A stretch of 63,889 nt of DNA, filler included, from Thraustochytrium aureum (Eukaryota), in the NCBI GenBank assembly GCA_012862495.1. It is 7 parts of 4 records of this genome, joined end to end, with 100 filler letters (N's around TTAATTAATTAA, not from the genome) between each part and the next. Parts side by side here need not be neighbours in the genome. Positions count along the whole stretch, not along the records: positions 10,461 to 21,895 come from BLSG01000391.1; 6 more parts are not named here. One strand, written 5' to 3'. Made by a program: the position numbers and the translations under genes. Of the stretch, positions 10,405-20,356 are shown piece after piece. The notes under the pieces were generated by a model. It had not been told where the DNA came from and did not search any database. It saw nothing but the letters and a program-made list of their open reading frames with translations. Each line of letters opens with the position of its first letter. Positions within the stretch are counted from its first letter, which is position 1.

Positions 10405-10416
10405 TTAATTAATTAA
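10405..10416. other. Artificial contig linker N-TTAATTAATTAA-N (stops in all six frames); also at 21940-21951, 43353-43364, 56199-56210, 59631-59642, 62354-62365
   Basis: An identical palindromic 12-mer flanked by ~44 N on each side occurs six times, typical of pseudo-scaffold concatenation. Confidence 0.97.
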
Positions 10417-10534
10417 NNNNNNNNNNNNNNNNNNNNNNNNNNNNNNNNNNNNNNNNNNNNGAGCCGACGAGGCTGCCGCGTGCGCCATTCTCGCGCGCGC
10501 TCGCGCCGTCGGGGCGCCAAGGCGCCCAGGCGCC

Positions 10535-11311
10535 ATGGCGGGCGGGGACGGCGCAAGGTCGTTCGAGGATATGGTCATGTCGTATGAGGCCAGGCAAGAG
10601 GGAGCACAGGCCGGTGGGGAAACGGCGTTCTCCGTGGCCGGCCTCTCCGGGTCGCTGCAGGCTTCGCTACGAGGGCTTGGGACGTCCATGACGACGGGGA
10701 TGCAGTCGGTCGGCCAGTCGGCGTTCTTGAAAGGCACGCCGCTGGAGGCCTTGGGTGGAACCGCCGGCGCGGCTGGCGGTGACTTGGAAAGCGGCGGCGG
10801 CGCCGCTGCCGCCCCCGCTTCGGCAGAGTCGAGCTTTGCGTCGTTGTCGCGCTCCGACAGGTTCAAAGGGGTTTGTGGCCTTGCTCCTGCTGAGCCTCTT
10901 CTTCTTCATGCTCTCGCTGTTTTCCTTGGCGTGGCGGTGGTGTTTCCGGCCAAGTTTGCATTCCCTTTCTCGATGGGTTCGGTTTTCTTCATGGGCGCCT
11001 TTGCCTTTCTGAAGGGCCCTGTGGCGTGGGCGCAGTCGGTGTGCTCGATGGCGCAGCTCCCGTTCACGGTCGCCTACTTTGCGTCGATCATCGGCACGCT
11101 TTGGGCTTGCTTGGTCTGGCGATCGTATGTGATGGTGATTTTGTTTTCTGCCATGCAGCTCGCGGCGCTCGGGTACTATGCCTTTGGGAACGTTCCTGGT
11201 GGCCAGTATGGCCTGCGTCTTGTGGCCGCGTTCGCCAAGCAGCTGCTGCGCAACGTGTTTTGGCCCTGCCTAAAAGGGGTTGTCGCGCTCTTCCGGGGCC
11301 TCTTTGCTTGA
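10535..11311 (+). CDS. SFT2: SFT2/Got1-family vesicle transport tetraspan membrane protein (SFT2-like)
   Basis: LSRSDRFKG, PAKFAFPFSMGSVFF, FLKGP, LPFTVAYFASIIGTLW, QLAALGYY..NVPGGQYGL match the SFT2 family. TM1 lies in a shifted frame between 10871 and 10923 (see findings). Confidence 0.85.
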   Translation: MAGGDGARSFEDMVMSYEARQEGAQAGGETAFSVAGLSGSLQASLRGLGTSMTTGMQSVGQSAFLKGTPLEALGGTAGAAGGDLESGGGAAAAPASAESSFASLSRSDRFKGVCGLAPAEPLLLHALAVFLGVAVVFPAKFAFPFSMGSVFFMGAFAFLKGPVAWAQSVCSMAQLPFTVAYFASIIGTLWACLVWRSYVMVILFSAMQLAALGYYAFGNVPGGQYGLRLVAAFAKQLLRNVFWPCLKGVVALFRGLFA

Positions 11312-12389
11312 AGGCAGTTCAAGAAGCTTCCGCAGTCGCGTGCCGGTGCGTGCCGCGAGCGACCGGAGGTGGCCCCACCCCTCGTTGTTGGGTGGAGGCA
11401 GCCATTGAGCGGGACGGCTTTCTTTCCGTGCAAACCCAGCGACGACGAGGATCAGGAGCCGCAAAAGCCAAGGCCAGTCACCGCTTTCTCTCTTTTCATC
11501 GTTTCACCTGTTTTTTCAAAACCAAAAAGAGTTGCCCACGAGCGCTCACCCGTCCGCGGCCGCCATGACCGTCCACGAGCGCCCACGAGCGGCCTTCTTG
11601 TCACATAATTCTGGAGCATCAATCCTTCCAGACTGGCAACCAGCATCTGCACGTCGCCGAAGACCCCTGACGCCGTGAAAACCCAGCCATCACGGCCCCA
11701 AGTTGCCCGAGACGCCCATGCCGCCGGCGAGCGCCCGCCAAGCTCGCCACCGCCGAGCGCGACGCGCCCGAGCGGACTTGCCCCCGTAGTATCCTCTGTA
11801 GGGAATTGACTTCTTGCCAAGCCCAAGTCCGAACGGAGGACATGCAGAGCCCGAACGCCTCGGGACGCCGGCCGAGGAGCTAGCTGTACGACCAGCAGAG
11901 CGCCTGGCGGCCTGCGCGCGTCCTGGTCCTGTTGGCCCTCGCGGCCCTGTTGACTCTCGTGATCCTCGTGGTGGATCTTGCTGCGGTTGTTGAAGGTCGG
12001 TTCGCTGTGGTTTGGCTACGGCGGCGACGCGGCTTGGTGAGGTGCCGCGCCTGGAAAAGCGACGCGCAGGTGCCGCGTCGAGAGTGCTCGCTCCACGGCT
12101 CCGGGTCGTCGTGCAGCAATTGGTCGAGGCCGAAGGTGTCCTCGCGGCCGTTGCTAGGGCCTTTGGCCGCTGTTTCGGACGAGGTGGTCGTGGCTCGGAC
12201 CTCGGGCGAACGCTCGCGGTTGTGGACGCTGTTCGCCGCGAAAAGGCGCGATAGCCGGATCATTGGGTTGGGGATCGTGCGCATAAGCGCGAGGACGGCT
12301 GGTCTGACGTCCGGCTGGAGTGGCCAGCCGAGGCGGGCGCCAAGCAGGGCAGGGGACGGCGGTTGACGGCTCGCCTGGAGCGCGGGGTG

Positions 12390-12551
12390 ATGGCGACGGC
12401 GCAAGCTTCGCCGCCAAAGCCTTGGGAAAAGGCTGGCGCCGCGTCAGAAACTACCGCGCCCAGCCCTGGAGCTGCCTCCCAAGTGGCTGGCGGCGATGCG
12501 ACAACGCTCGGAAGCGCGCAAGGTGCACCTGGTGCGCCAGGTGCCCCCAGC

Positions 12552-12589
<38 letters not shown>

Positions 12590-13739
12590 CGGCGCCTCTG
12601 GCGGGGCGTACGGCGCAGCGAATCAAGGCTACGGGGCGGCGACAGGCGCGTACGGCGCAAGCTCGTACGGACAGGCAGGCGGCTACGGCGCAAGCGGCTA
12701 CGGCGCAAGCGGCTACGGCGCAGGCGGATACGGCGCAGGCGGATACGGCGCAGGCGGATACGGCGCAAGCGGATATGGCGCGGGCGGCTACGGGGCCGGC
12801 TATGGCGGCGGCTACGGCGGCATGAGCCGCTATGGCGGCGGCATGTATGGTAGTGGTATGTATGGGGGCGGCATGTACGGAGGCGGTTACGGCATGGGTG
12901 GCATGGGCGGCATGGGCATGATGGGCATGGGCATGAACCCGATGATGGGCGACATGGGCTGGCTCGGAGCCATGCACCAAACCGTCGGCTCGCTTGGCCA
13001 GATGTCCGAGTTGCTTGGCATGAACGCCGAGGCGATGCAGTACGCGTTCGGCAGCTTTGCGCACTTCTTGGAGCGCATTGGCGGCGCAGCGCACGAAGTT
13101 ATGTGCTTCTTCACCGGAGCACCGCCGCTACCGCAGATCGACCCGCAGACGGGCCAGCCCTTGCCGCTCCCTTCGCCTGAGGAGATCAAGCAAGAGCGGC
13201 GCCGGCGGCTTATCCGGTGGCTCACCGGGCTCGTCATCTTGTACCTCGGATACCGCGGCGTCAAGTACCTGATCAAGCGGATGCGCGCCAAGAAAACGCC
13301 AAACGAGCTGATGATGTCCAAGCAGTGGGACCAAATGAACAACTCTGGCATGCTCAACCAGTCCATGATGATGAACGGCATGGCTGGGGCCGGCATGTAC
13401 GGCAACAGCGGCATGTACGGCGCCAGCGGCATGTATGGCGGTGGCGCTGGCGGGTATGGCGGGATGTCGCCGTACGGCGGCGGGTACGGCTCGACGTACG
13501 GATCGGGCATGTACGGCGGCGGGTCCACTTACGGGTCGGGCATGTATGGCACGGGCGGATCCGCCTACGGTTCGGGCATGTATGGCTCGAGCGGCGGCAT
13601 GTACGGCTCCGGCGGCGGTATGTACGGGGCGAGCACGATGGGAGCCAACCGCATGTACAGCAACAACAGCAACAGCAGCAGCAACGACGCGGGCCCAGGC
13701 GGAGGGTTTGGGTCCGAGCTGGACGACATTTTTGGTTAG
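12390..13739 (+). CDS. PEX13: Peroxisomal membrane protein PEX13 (no SH3 domain)
   Basis: N-terminal SPPKPWE motif, long YG-rich region, then helix VGSLGQMSELLGMNAEAMQYAFGSFAHFLE and a hydrophobic segment (WLTGLVILYLGY). Confidence 0.85.
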
Positions 13740-13972
13740 TCTCGGGCCAAGGCGCCCCGCCGTAGAGCACGCGCGGAGGCGGACCTTACTCGCCTTGCGC
13801 AGCAGGCGGGAGCGCCTGGCAGCGATGACATTGTTAGATGACGCAAAAGAAGAGCCGTGTGGCGCGATTTGGGGATTTCGCAGCCCAGTTGCACTCGCCG
13901 TTTGCAAACGCGAGCTTGAAGTTTCGAACCAACAACATACATACCGAGCAAGGGGCTCGAGGGGGCGCTCTC

Positions 13973-15052
13973 CTAGCCGAGCTGTAGCGAGACCCGCTCG
14001 TACTGGCGCCCGGACCCGTCCCGAGGCGCAGCCCCAAACGGCGAGGCCGCAAAGGCCCGCTCGGTCAAGCCGACGACGCTGTCAATGGAGCGAAGGCCCG
14101 GCTCGCCCAGCAAGCTCAGCCCGCAAAGGCTATAGTAGGAATGCAAAATATCCGGAAACGCCTCCGGGGGCTTGCCCGGGTACTTTGAAAAGCCCCCCAA
14201 CGGCGACTGGCACGTCAAAACAAACCGGCGCGTCCCGTCGTGCTCCAAGAGGCCCTCTAGCCCGAGAATCTGCAACGATCCGCCAACCCAGAACGTGTAG
14301 CACGTGTCTGGGACCTTGTTGATCCGCCCGTTGAGCCCGCCCATCTGGCGTGCGACCAAAAAGGCCACGAGGCTCTCCTCGTCGACGCCGTCGAGGCGGC
14401 CCAGGAGCTTGAGAGCCGCCACAGCGCAGTAGATCGCCCCCGAGTGCGTCTCCTGGCCTGGCATGATCCCAAACCCGCCGTCAAACGATTGCGAGGCCAA
14501 GATGAACTGCGCGGTTCGGTCTACGTCAATCCCGCTGTAGTCCTGCAGCATGAACGCGATGGCCGCCGCGCAAAACACGAAACGCATGTCCTTCTCGGTC
14601 CCGCTCGCGACCGCTTGGAAAGAGCCGTCCTCCTGCTGAATCGCTCGCAGGCCCTCTGTAATGGCGGCCCGGTCAACGCGGCCAAAGTCATCGCCCAAGA
14701 TGCTGAGGATCAGCAGGGCGCAGTACGTCATCGACACGTGCGACTGGTGAAACCGCGTCACGTCCTCGGGCCTCCGCATCGACCCGGCAAACGCGCCGCC
14801 GACAAACCCGCCGCACCGCTGTCCGTTCCGCTCCGTCAGCACCACTTGGTTGCCGTACACAAAGTCAATGATCTCCTCGCGGTTGTCCACCTCGTCCAGC
14901 GCATCCAGCACGTCCAGCGCCGACAGAGCAAAGTACACGATCATCAATCTGTTCGAGTCGAGCGACGTGTACGCCGAGGGCACGACGCCCAGGAACGACC
15001 TGAAGTATCGCACCTGCCTCGCGCGGTTGACGCCGTCCTCGACTGCGTCCAT
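13973..15052 (-). CDS. PGGT1B: Geranylgeranyltransferase type I beta subunit
   Basis: YTSLDSNRLMIVYFALSALDVL, HVSMTYCALLIL, EKDMRFVFCA, GQETHSG, GRINKVPDTCYTFW, PDILHSYYSLCGLSL. The start is taken at MDAVEDG; the upstream extension is microsatellite. Confidence 0.93.
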   Translation of the reverse strand: MDAVEDGVNRARQVRYFRSFLGVVPSAYTSLDSNRLMIVYFALSALDVLDALDEVDNREEIIDFVYGNQVVLTERNGQRCGGFVGGAFAGSMRRPEDVTRFHQSHVSMTYCALLILSILGDDFGRVDRAAITEGLRAIQQEDGSFQAVASGTEKDMRFVFCAAAIAFMLQDYSGIDVDRTAQFILASQSFDGGFGIMPGQETHSGAIYCAVAALKLLGRLDGVDEESLVAFLVARQMGGLNGRINKVPDTCYTFWVGGSLQILGLEGLLEHDGTRRFVLTCQSPLGGFSKYPGKPPEAFPDILHSYYSLCGLSLLGEPGLRSIDSVVGLTERAFAASPFGAAPRDGSGRQYERVSLQLG

Positions 15053-15121
15053 CTTGCCCGCGGTGCCGGCCGTCCGAGCGCCCAACAGCCAGCTGGGCTC
15101 CCGCCCGCTCGTGCGCGTACT

Positions 15122-15200
15122 GGCAGGCACGCACGCAGGCAGGCAGGCAGGCAGGCTGGCAGGCTGGCTGGCTGGCACGCAGGCAGGCTGGCTGGCTGGG
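15122..15200. repeat. (GCAG/GCTG)n microsatellite in the ~215-bp divergent PGGT1B/ALKBH7 intergenic region
   Basis: ggcaggcaggcaggcaggctggcaggctggctggctgg is visible in the sequence. Confidence 0.85.
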
Positions 15201-15267
15201 AGTTTGTTGGTGCCCGCGGCGGATGGGATTGCGGCACTGCCCGGTCAGTTCGCCAACGAATGGATGA

Positions 15268-16041
15268 ATGAATGTCCGCCGGGCGCGCGCCACGATGTCG
15301 CGACGCCAGCTGACGGACGCCGCGAAGGCCGCGCTGCGCGGCCAGCAGCTGCGCGGCCAGCACGGCGCGGCGTCGGCCCGGTTGCTGGAGAGGGCAGACT
15401 TTGGGCTCGTGGATGCAAGCCGAGCCGCGGGGCTTCCGATCCAGCCCGCCGATGCCGTCGTGCGGCCCGAGGAGGTCTCGCAAGACGAGCACGACGCCCT
15501 CGTCGACGAGCTGCTGCATGCGCCGGCCGATCGCGCGCTCAAGCGGTTTAGGAAAAAGCCGTACGAGCGCGACCACTGGGACTCGGTCGTCTGGTGGTAC
15601 AAGGAGACGACGAGGCCGCTCGCCGCGTGGTCGCCCGGCAACCGCGCGGTGCTCGAGCGCGTGCAGGGCGCGGTGGGCGAGCAGCTCAGGATGCGCGTGG
15701 AGGGCTTGCCGGACCCCTTGCTCTGGCTCGACCCACACGTGATCGATCTTGCAGAGAACGGGGTCATCAATGGGCACGTCGACAGCGTCAAGTTTTCGGG
15801 CGCTCTTGTGGCAGGCCTCTCGCTCCTCTCGACCCGCACCATGAGGCTGCGCAAGGACAGGCTCCTCGACGGCGAGGACCGGGCCGAAGAGGAGGGGCCG
15901 TTCCTTGATCTTACGCTGCCGCCAAGGTCGCTCTACATGCTCTTCAACGGAGCTCGATTCTCTTGCGAGCACTCGGTGGAGTGCCCGCCGGGCTCGGCGC
16001 GGCGCCTCTCCATCATCTTTCGCGACGCAAAAGTTGCCTGA
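15268..16041 (+). CDS. ALKBH7: Alpha-ketoglutarate-dependent dioxygenase ALKBH7-like
   Basis: YERDHWDSVV, HVIDLAENGVINGHVDSVKFSG..VAGLSLLS, PRSLY, EHSV, RRLSIIFRD give the HxD...H Fe triad and the RxSxxxR motif. Confidence 0.92.
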   Translation: MNVRRARATMSRRQLTDAAKAALRGQQLRGQHGAASARLLERADFGLVDASRAAGLPIQPADAVVRPEEVSQDEHDALVDELLHAPADRALKRFRKKPYERDHWDSVVWWYKETTRPLAAWSPGNRAVLERVQGAVGEQLRMRVEGLPDPLLWLDPHVIDLAENGVINGHVDSVKFSGALVAGLSLLSTRTMRLRKDRLLDGEDRAEEEGPFLDLTLPPRSLYMLFNGARFSCEHSVECPPGSARRLSIIFRDAKVA

Positions 16042-16099
16042 GCGCCGGGCTCGGCGCGGGGCCTCTCCACCTCCTTTCGCGACGCTAGAGTTGCCTGAG
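15986..16099 (+). repeat. 57-bp tandem duplication of the ALKBH7 3' end, including the stop codon
   Basis: 15986-16042 and 16043-16099 are diverged copies of each other. Confidence 0.9.
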
Positions 16100-16250
16100 C
16101 GCCAGGCCGCCCCGGTGCGCGGGGTTTTGGACGTTTTAGTTGGCCGTGATGGGCAAGCATCGATTTTTCTTCATCTAGCGAGCTAGCCGAACGACACTAC
16201 GTACACGCCGAGAACGCCGCGCTCAGCGGGGTGGCAAGCGCCTCGCACGG

Positions 16251-17459
16251 TCAGCGCCTTGCTCCCGGGGGCGGCCCTATCCCGTCTCCTTGCCTGGCCC
16301 GCTTGGCCTGCCGCTGCGCCACCTTGGACGGTACGCGCGGCGGCGCGCCGAACGCAGAGGACGCCTCGCTGGCGCTTCCGTCGCGGTCGTCGGCGCCGCC
16401 GCGTGCCGATTCCGCTGCGGCGGAACTTGTCGACGGCGCGGAATTCACCGTCCGCATCGTCTCCTGCGAGTGCGTGACTTGCGGCTTGTCCGCCATTTGG
16501 CCCAGCGCCTCCGCGGCAGCGGCCTCGGTCGCCCGGCGGCTGCTCGCTTGCGAGGCCTCGTCCTCGTCGCCCGGCGCGATCTCCTCGGTTTCGAGCGTGG
16601 CCATGATCAGCTCGGCATTAAACGTGTTGATCGGCCCGCCACTGGTGTGGCCCGCTGGGGGCTCTTCGTCGGAAAACGCTTCGTCCGAGGTGAACAAGAA
16701 CGGCAGGCCCGGCTCGTTGAACATGAGCGACATCGTGAGCACGTCGGCAGACTCGCAGAACTGGAGGAGCGCCTTCACCTCGCGCAGCCCAAACGCCACC
16801 TCGCACGTGGGCGAGCCAGGGTCGACCTCAAAGGCGTCAAGGTCGTCCACGTGCACGGCAATGTCGGTCTTGAGCGTCTCATACTCGGAGGACCGGTCGA
16901 CGTACTGGAAGTGCGACCGAATGCGGATCCCGGCGCCTGCTTGGACGAGCACGGACGCCTCTTCGGCGCCGGCAATGTGGCCAATCGCCTTTTGGAAGAG
17001 GTTGGTGCGAGCGCAGACCCTGTTCTTGACGTGCTCGCGATCGAAGGCGGCGTGCAGGATCCCCGAGTCCTCGTAGTGCAGCTCGTGCGTTTTGACGAGC
17101 CCGCCTTTGCACTGGCTGCTCAGAACGAGGACGTGGCGAGCGCCCTCTTTGACCAGGCTGATCGTGAGCCGCTCGGTGGACCGGTTGGATTTTAGCGCGC
17201 TCACGCAGGACCTCAGGGGTATTTTGACTGCGATCACCTTGCCGCTGCTCGCCCCTTCGAGGACGTACCGCTCAAAAAACGCGTCGAAAAAGGTAAACTT
17301 GTTGAACGCGGTCTTGGCGTCGTTCATCGTGCTCACCGTCATGCAACCGGCCCCGTTCACCTTGCTCGCCTCCATCACCATCTCCTTGCCAATCTTGGCC
17401 ATGCACTGCACGCACGCCGCAAAGATGCGAACGTTCTTCGCAGGCAGGGTGCACTGCAT
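16251..17459 (-). CDS. RAD9: Cell-cycle checkpoint clamp subunit RAD9 (9-1-1 complex)
   Basis: NVRIFAACVQCMAKIGKEM, TMNDAKTAFNKFTFFDAFFERY, GLVKTHELHY, FGLREVKALLQFCE, FNEPGLP, AELIMATL, followed by a disordered C-terminal tail. Confidence 0.9.
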   Translation of the reverse strand: MQCTLPAKNVRIFAACVQCMAKIGKEMVMEASKVNGAGCMTVSTMNDAKTAFNKFTFFDAFFERYVLEGASSGKVIAVKIPLRSCVSALKSNRSTERLTISLVKEGARHVLVLSSQCKGGLVKTHELHYEDSGILHAAFDREHVKNRVCARTNLFQKAIGHIAGAEEASVLVQAGAGIRIRSHFQYVDRSSEYETLKTDIAVHVDDLDAFEVDPGSPTCEVAFGLREVKALLQFCESADVLTMSLMFNEPGLPFLFTSDEAFSDEEPPAGHTSGGPINTFNAELIMATLETEEIAPGDEDEASQASSRRATEAAAAEALGQMADKPQVTHSQETMRTVNSAPSTSSAAAESARGGADDRDGSASEASSAFGAPPRVPSKVAQRQAKRARQGDGIGPPPGARR

Positions 17460-17527
17460 CTTGGGCAGCCCTGGAGTTGGAACCTCGTGAGTGAAAGCGT
17501 GCTCAGGAGCCGGCCGTACGGTGCTTG

Positions 17528-17578
17528 GCGCTCAGGCGCTCAGGCGTTCAGGCGCTGAGCGTTCAGGCGCTGAGCCTA
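17528..17578. repeat. CGCTCAG/CGTTCAG/GCTGAGC short-repeat cluster upstream of RAD9
   Basis: ggcgctcaggcgctcaggcgttcaggcgctgagcgttcaggcgctgagc is visible in the sequence. Confidence 0.75.
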
Positions 17579-18398
17579 CGAGAGCCGCGCGTGCACGAGC
17601 CGAGCGTTGAGCAAGCGGCCCTGGCTCGCGTTCCGCCGCGTCTCCTGCTGTTGTTGAGAGTCGCGATGGTTCAAACGCGACGAAGAAAACGAACAACTCG
17701 CGCGCGCACGTGAAAAAGCTCGAGCTTCGCGTCCATCGACCTCCTCGCGCGGCTTCTGCTACGCGCAGGCGCAAAGCCAGACGAGCACTCCGTGCTGGCT
17801 GACTGCGAGCATCGCTTCGGTGCGCTGCTGCTCGTGCCCGGCTGCCTGGTGAAAGAGCCAAGCCGGGAGCCGTGGCAAGCTGTCGTCGTTCGCCGAGCTC
17901 CAAGTCCGGGGTCTCCGCCGCTCGCGAGCATGCCGACGCAGCCCGCGGCATTCACCGCGTCCTGGGACGGCGCCAGACTGAGCACCGTAGCCTCTACTAG
18001 CTCGAGTGGCCCGGGCCAGCAACTGGTACGACCGGCAAGGTTGTTGACGAGTTTGCCGCAGGTCAACACCGCCAGGCTGCCAATCGTCGGCTACAACATC
18101 ATCTCGCCACATCTGAGAAGGGCCCAGCCCAGCATGACGGGGCGCCAGCCGCATGCCGGCTCGTAGGGAACTCGACCGCCGCCGCGGCCCGAGCTGATGC
18201 AGTCCACATCGATCGTGGGCCAGCGAATTGATCGCTCGTTGCGATCGATGGTGGCGCTCCGAGAGGCAGCAGACATGCGCTGCGCTGCCTCCCAGGAGCG
18301 ACCGGTCGCCGAATCGAGCGAGCAACCTCAAACTCGGCCAACGAGCTTGGCCAGCGTGCTTGCTGCGCTGCGCTGACGGTCGTGAAGCTTGGGGCGCG

Positions 18399-19232
18399 AT
18401 GGGGCTCGTGGATGTGTCAGTGAAGCGCGGCGTGGCCGTGCTGCGGTTCAACAAGCCCAACAAGCTCAACGCCTGGTCGCTTCCGATGCTCAGGGAGAAG
18501 GAGCTGGAGCTGGCGAAACTGGCTGGTGACGATGCGGTCGACGCCGTCGTGCTCACCGGGACGGGCAAGTACTACAGCGCGGGCGTCGACCTGGCTGCCG
18601 TGATCAAGCCGATGCCTCCGGCCAAGCTAGTCTCGACGATCCGGGGCCTCAACGAGCAGCTGTTTGACCAGTTCTTGACGTTCCCGAAGCCCATATTTGC
18701 CGCAATCAACGGGCCCACGATCGGGGCGGCCGCGACTTCTGCAACCTTGACTGACGGCATTCTGGCCAACCAACGCGCGACCTTTCACACGCCGTTCGCG
18801 GCGCTTGGACTCGTCCCTGAGGGCTGCTCCTCGGCCGTGTTCCCCAAGCTCTTTGGCGACGAGCTCGCCAACAAGATGCTCAACGAGAACTACAAGCTCG
18901 GCGTCGAGGAGGCGGTCCGCGTCGGGATGGTCAGCAAGCTCGTCGAGACCGAGCCGACAGAAGGCCCGGACGAGCCACTGATCGAGGCCGCCCGCGCCCA
19001 CGCGCTAGAGTACGTGGCCGCGCATGGCCGCAAGCGCTCTCGAACGGCTGAGCAGACTGAGCACTTGCGCAGCGTCAACAGGCAAGAGTCGCAAGCGCTC
19101 GCGGAGGCCTTTATGTCTCCGCGTTTTTTCCGGGCGATGGAGGCCAACGCAGAGCGCAGGGGCAACACACCGGCCAAGCTGTCATTCCAAGCGCTGCGCA
19201 TCACGCGCCCGCTCTGGTCGCTCCTGCTCTGA
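18399..19232 (+). CDS. Crotonase-family enoyl-CoA delta isomerase (ECI2-like)
   Basis: VLRFNKPNKLNAW, VVLTGTGKYYSAGVDL, FPKPIFAAINGPTIG, FHTPFAALGLVPEGCSS. Confidence 0.9.
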   Translation: MGLVDVSVKRGVAVLRFNKPNKLNAWSLPMLREKELELAKLAGDDAVDAVVLTGTGKYYSAGVDLAAVIKPMPPAKLVSTIRGLNEQLFDQFLTFPKPIFAAINGPTIGAAATSATLTDGILANQRATFHTPFAALGLVPEGCSSAVFPKLFGDELANKMLNENYKLGVEEAVRVGMVSKLVETEPTEGPDEPLIEAARAHALEYVAAHGRKRSRTAEQTEHLRSVNRQESQALAEAFMSPRFFRAMEANAERRGNTPAKLSFQALRITRPLWSLLL

Positions 19233-19552
19233 GCGAACCGAACCGCGAGGCGCTCCACAGCAAGACCTTTTTTCAAGAAAAAGCGCAAAGCAAACCAAAG
19301 CAAGCACAACACGACTCCACATTCTGATCATCAGTCCGAGAACCCGGACGCCAGCCCACAGCTTCGCCATGCATACCTAGTGATGAAGCGGCACGCGCGC
19401 CCGTACAGAGCTTCTGGCTCTTGTAGGCAGCGTAGAGTAAACTGCGTAGCGAGGACTCGGAGGTGCCGCCCCCGTCACAGGCTCGGCCAATGGGGCAGCC
19501 TCGTCTTCAGACTCTTCTCCGTAGGTATTCAACCCAGCAACAACACCATGCC

Positions 19553-19595
19553 ATGGATGGATGGATGGATGGATGGATGGATCGATCGATGGATC
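19553..19595. repeat. (GGAT)n microsatellite
   Basis: atggatggatggatggatggatggatgg is visible in the sequence. Confidence 0.9.
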
Positions 19596-20356
19596 ACCAT
19601 CGAGTAGAGCTTGCCGCGCGCTTGCAAGCGCGACAGAAAAAATCGATTGTAATCGATTTGCAATCGATTTGCGGCAGAGGCTCAGAACAGCGCGAGAACA
19701 GCAGACCCTCATCGACCTCTCCGACACATGCGCGTGAGAGAGCACCTACTCGGTCTCGAGCTGCTCCACCGGGCCCGGCCACAGCTTACCGCGTGGCGCA
19801 GTCCGCGGCTCTGCCGGCCGAGTGCTCCAGGGCCACTTGGGCGACTTGCTCGGACCGGTTGACCGTGCTCGCGCGAGCTGAATTTGGTCCACACTGCCGA
19901 AACGCGGCGCCGCGCTCGCTGTGGCCGACCTGTGTGCGCNNNNNNNNNNNNNNNNNNNNNNNNNNNNNNNNNNNNNNNNNNNNNNNNNNNNNNNNNNNNN
20001 NNNNNNNNNNNNNNNNNNNNNNNNNNNNNNNNNNNNNNNNNNNNNNNNNNNNNNNNNNNNNNNNNNNNNNNNNNNNNNNNNNNNNNNNNNNNNNNNNNNN
20101 NNNNNNNNNNNNNNNNNNNNNNNNNNNNNNNNNNNNNNNNNNNNNNNNNNNNNNNNNNNNNNNNNNNNNNNNNNNNNNNNNNNNNNNNNNNNNNNNNNNN
20201 NNTGAGGCGCTGCCTGTCTGCCTGCCTGCGTGCCTGCCTGCGTGCCTGCCTGTCCATCTACGTGGTCTGCAGGCTCAGCCGGCGCGTGCAGCGGGCGCTC
20301 TGCGAAGTAGATCGCGCGCGGGCCCAGTGCGAACGCCAGACCAACGCACGGCCAGG

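Noticed and set aside
11842..12366. Possible type II membrane protein or pseudogene upstream of PEX13 (MQSPN...* ...VLVLLALAALLTLVILVV)
   Set aside because: In-frame TAG after 13 codons and no recognisable domain downstream, so it cannot be supported.
19200..19232. PTS1 signal on the enoyl-CoA isomerase
   Set aside because: The protein ends in LLL, not an SKL-type tripeptide.
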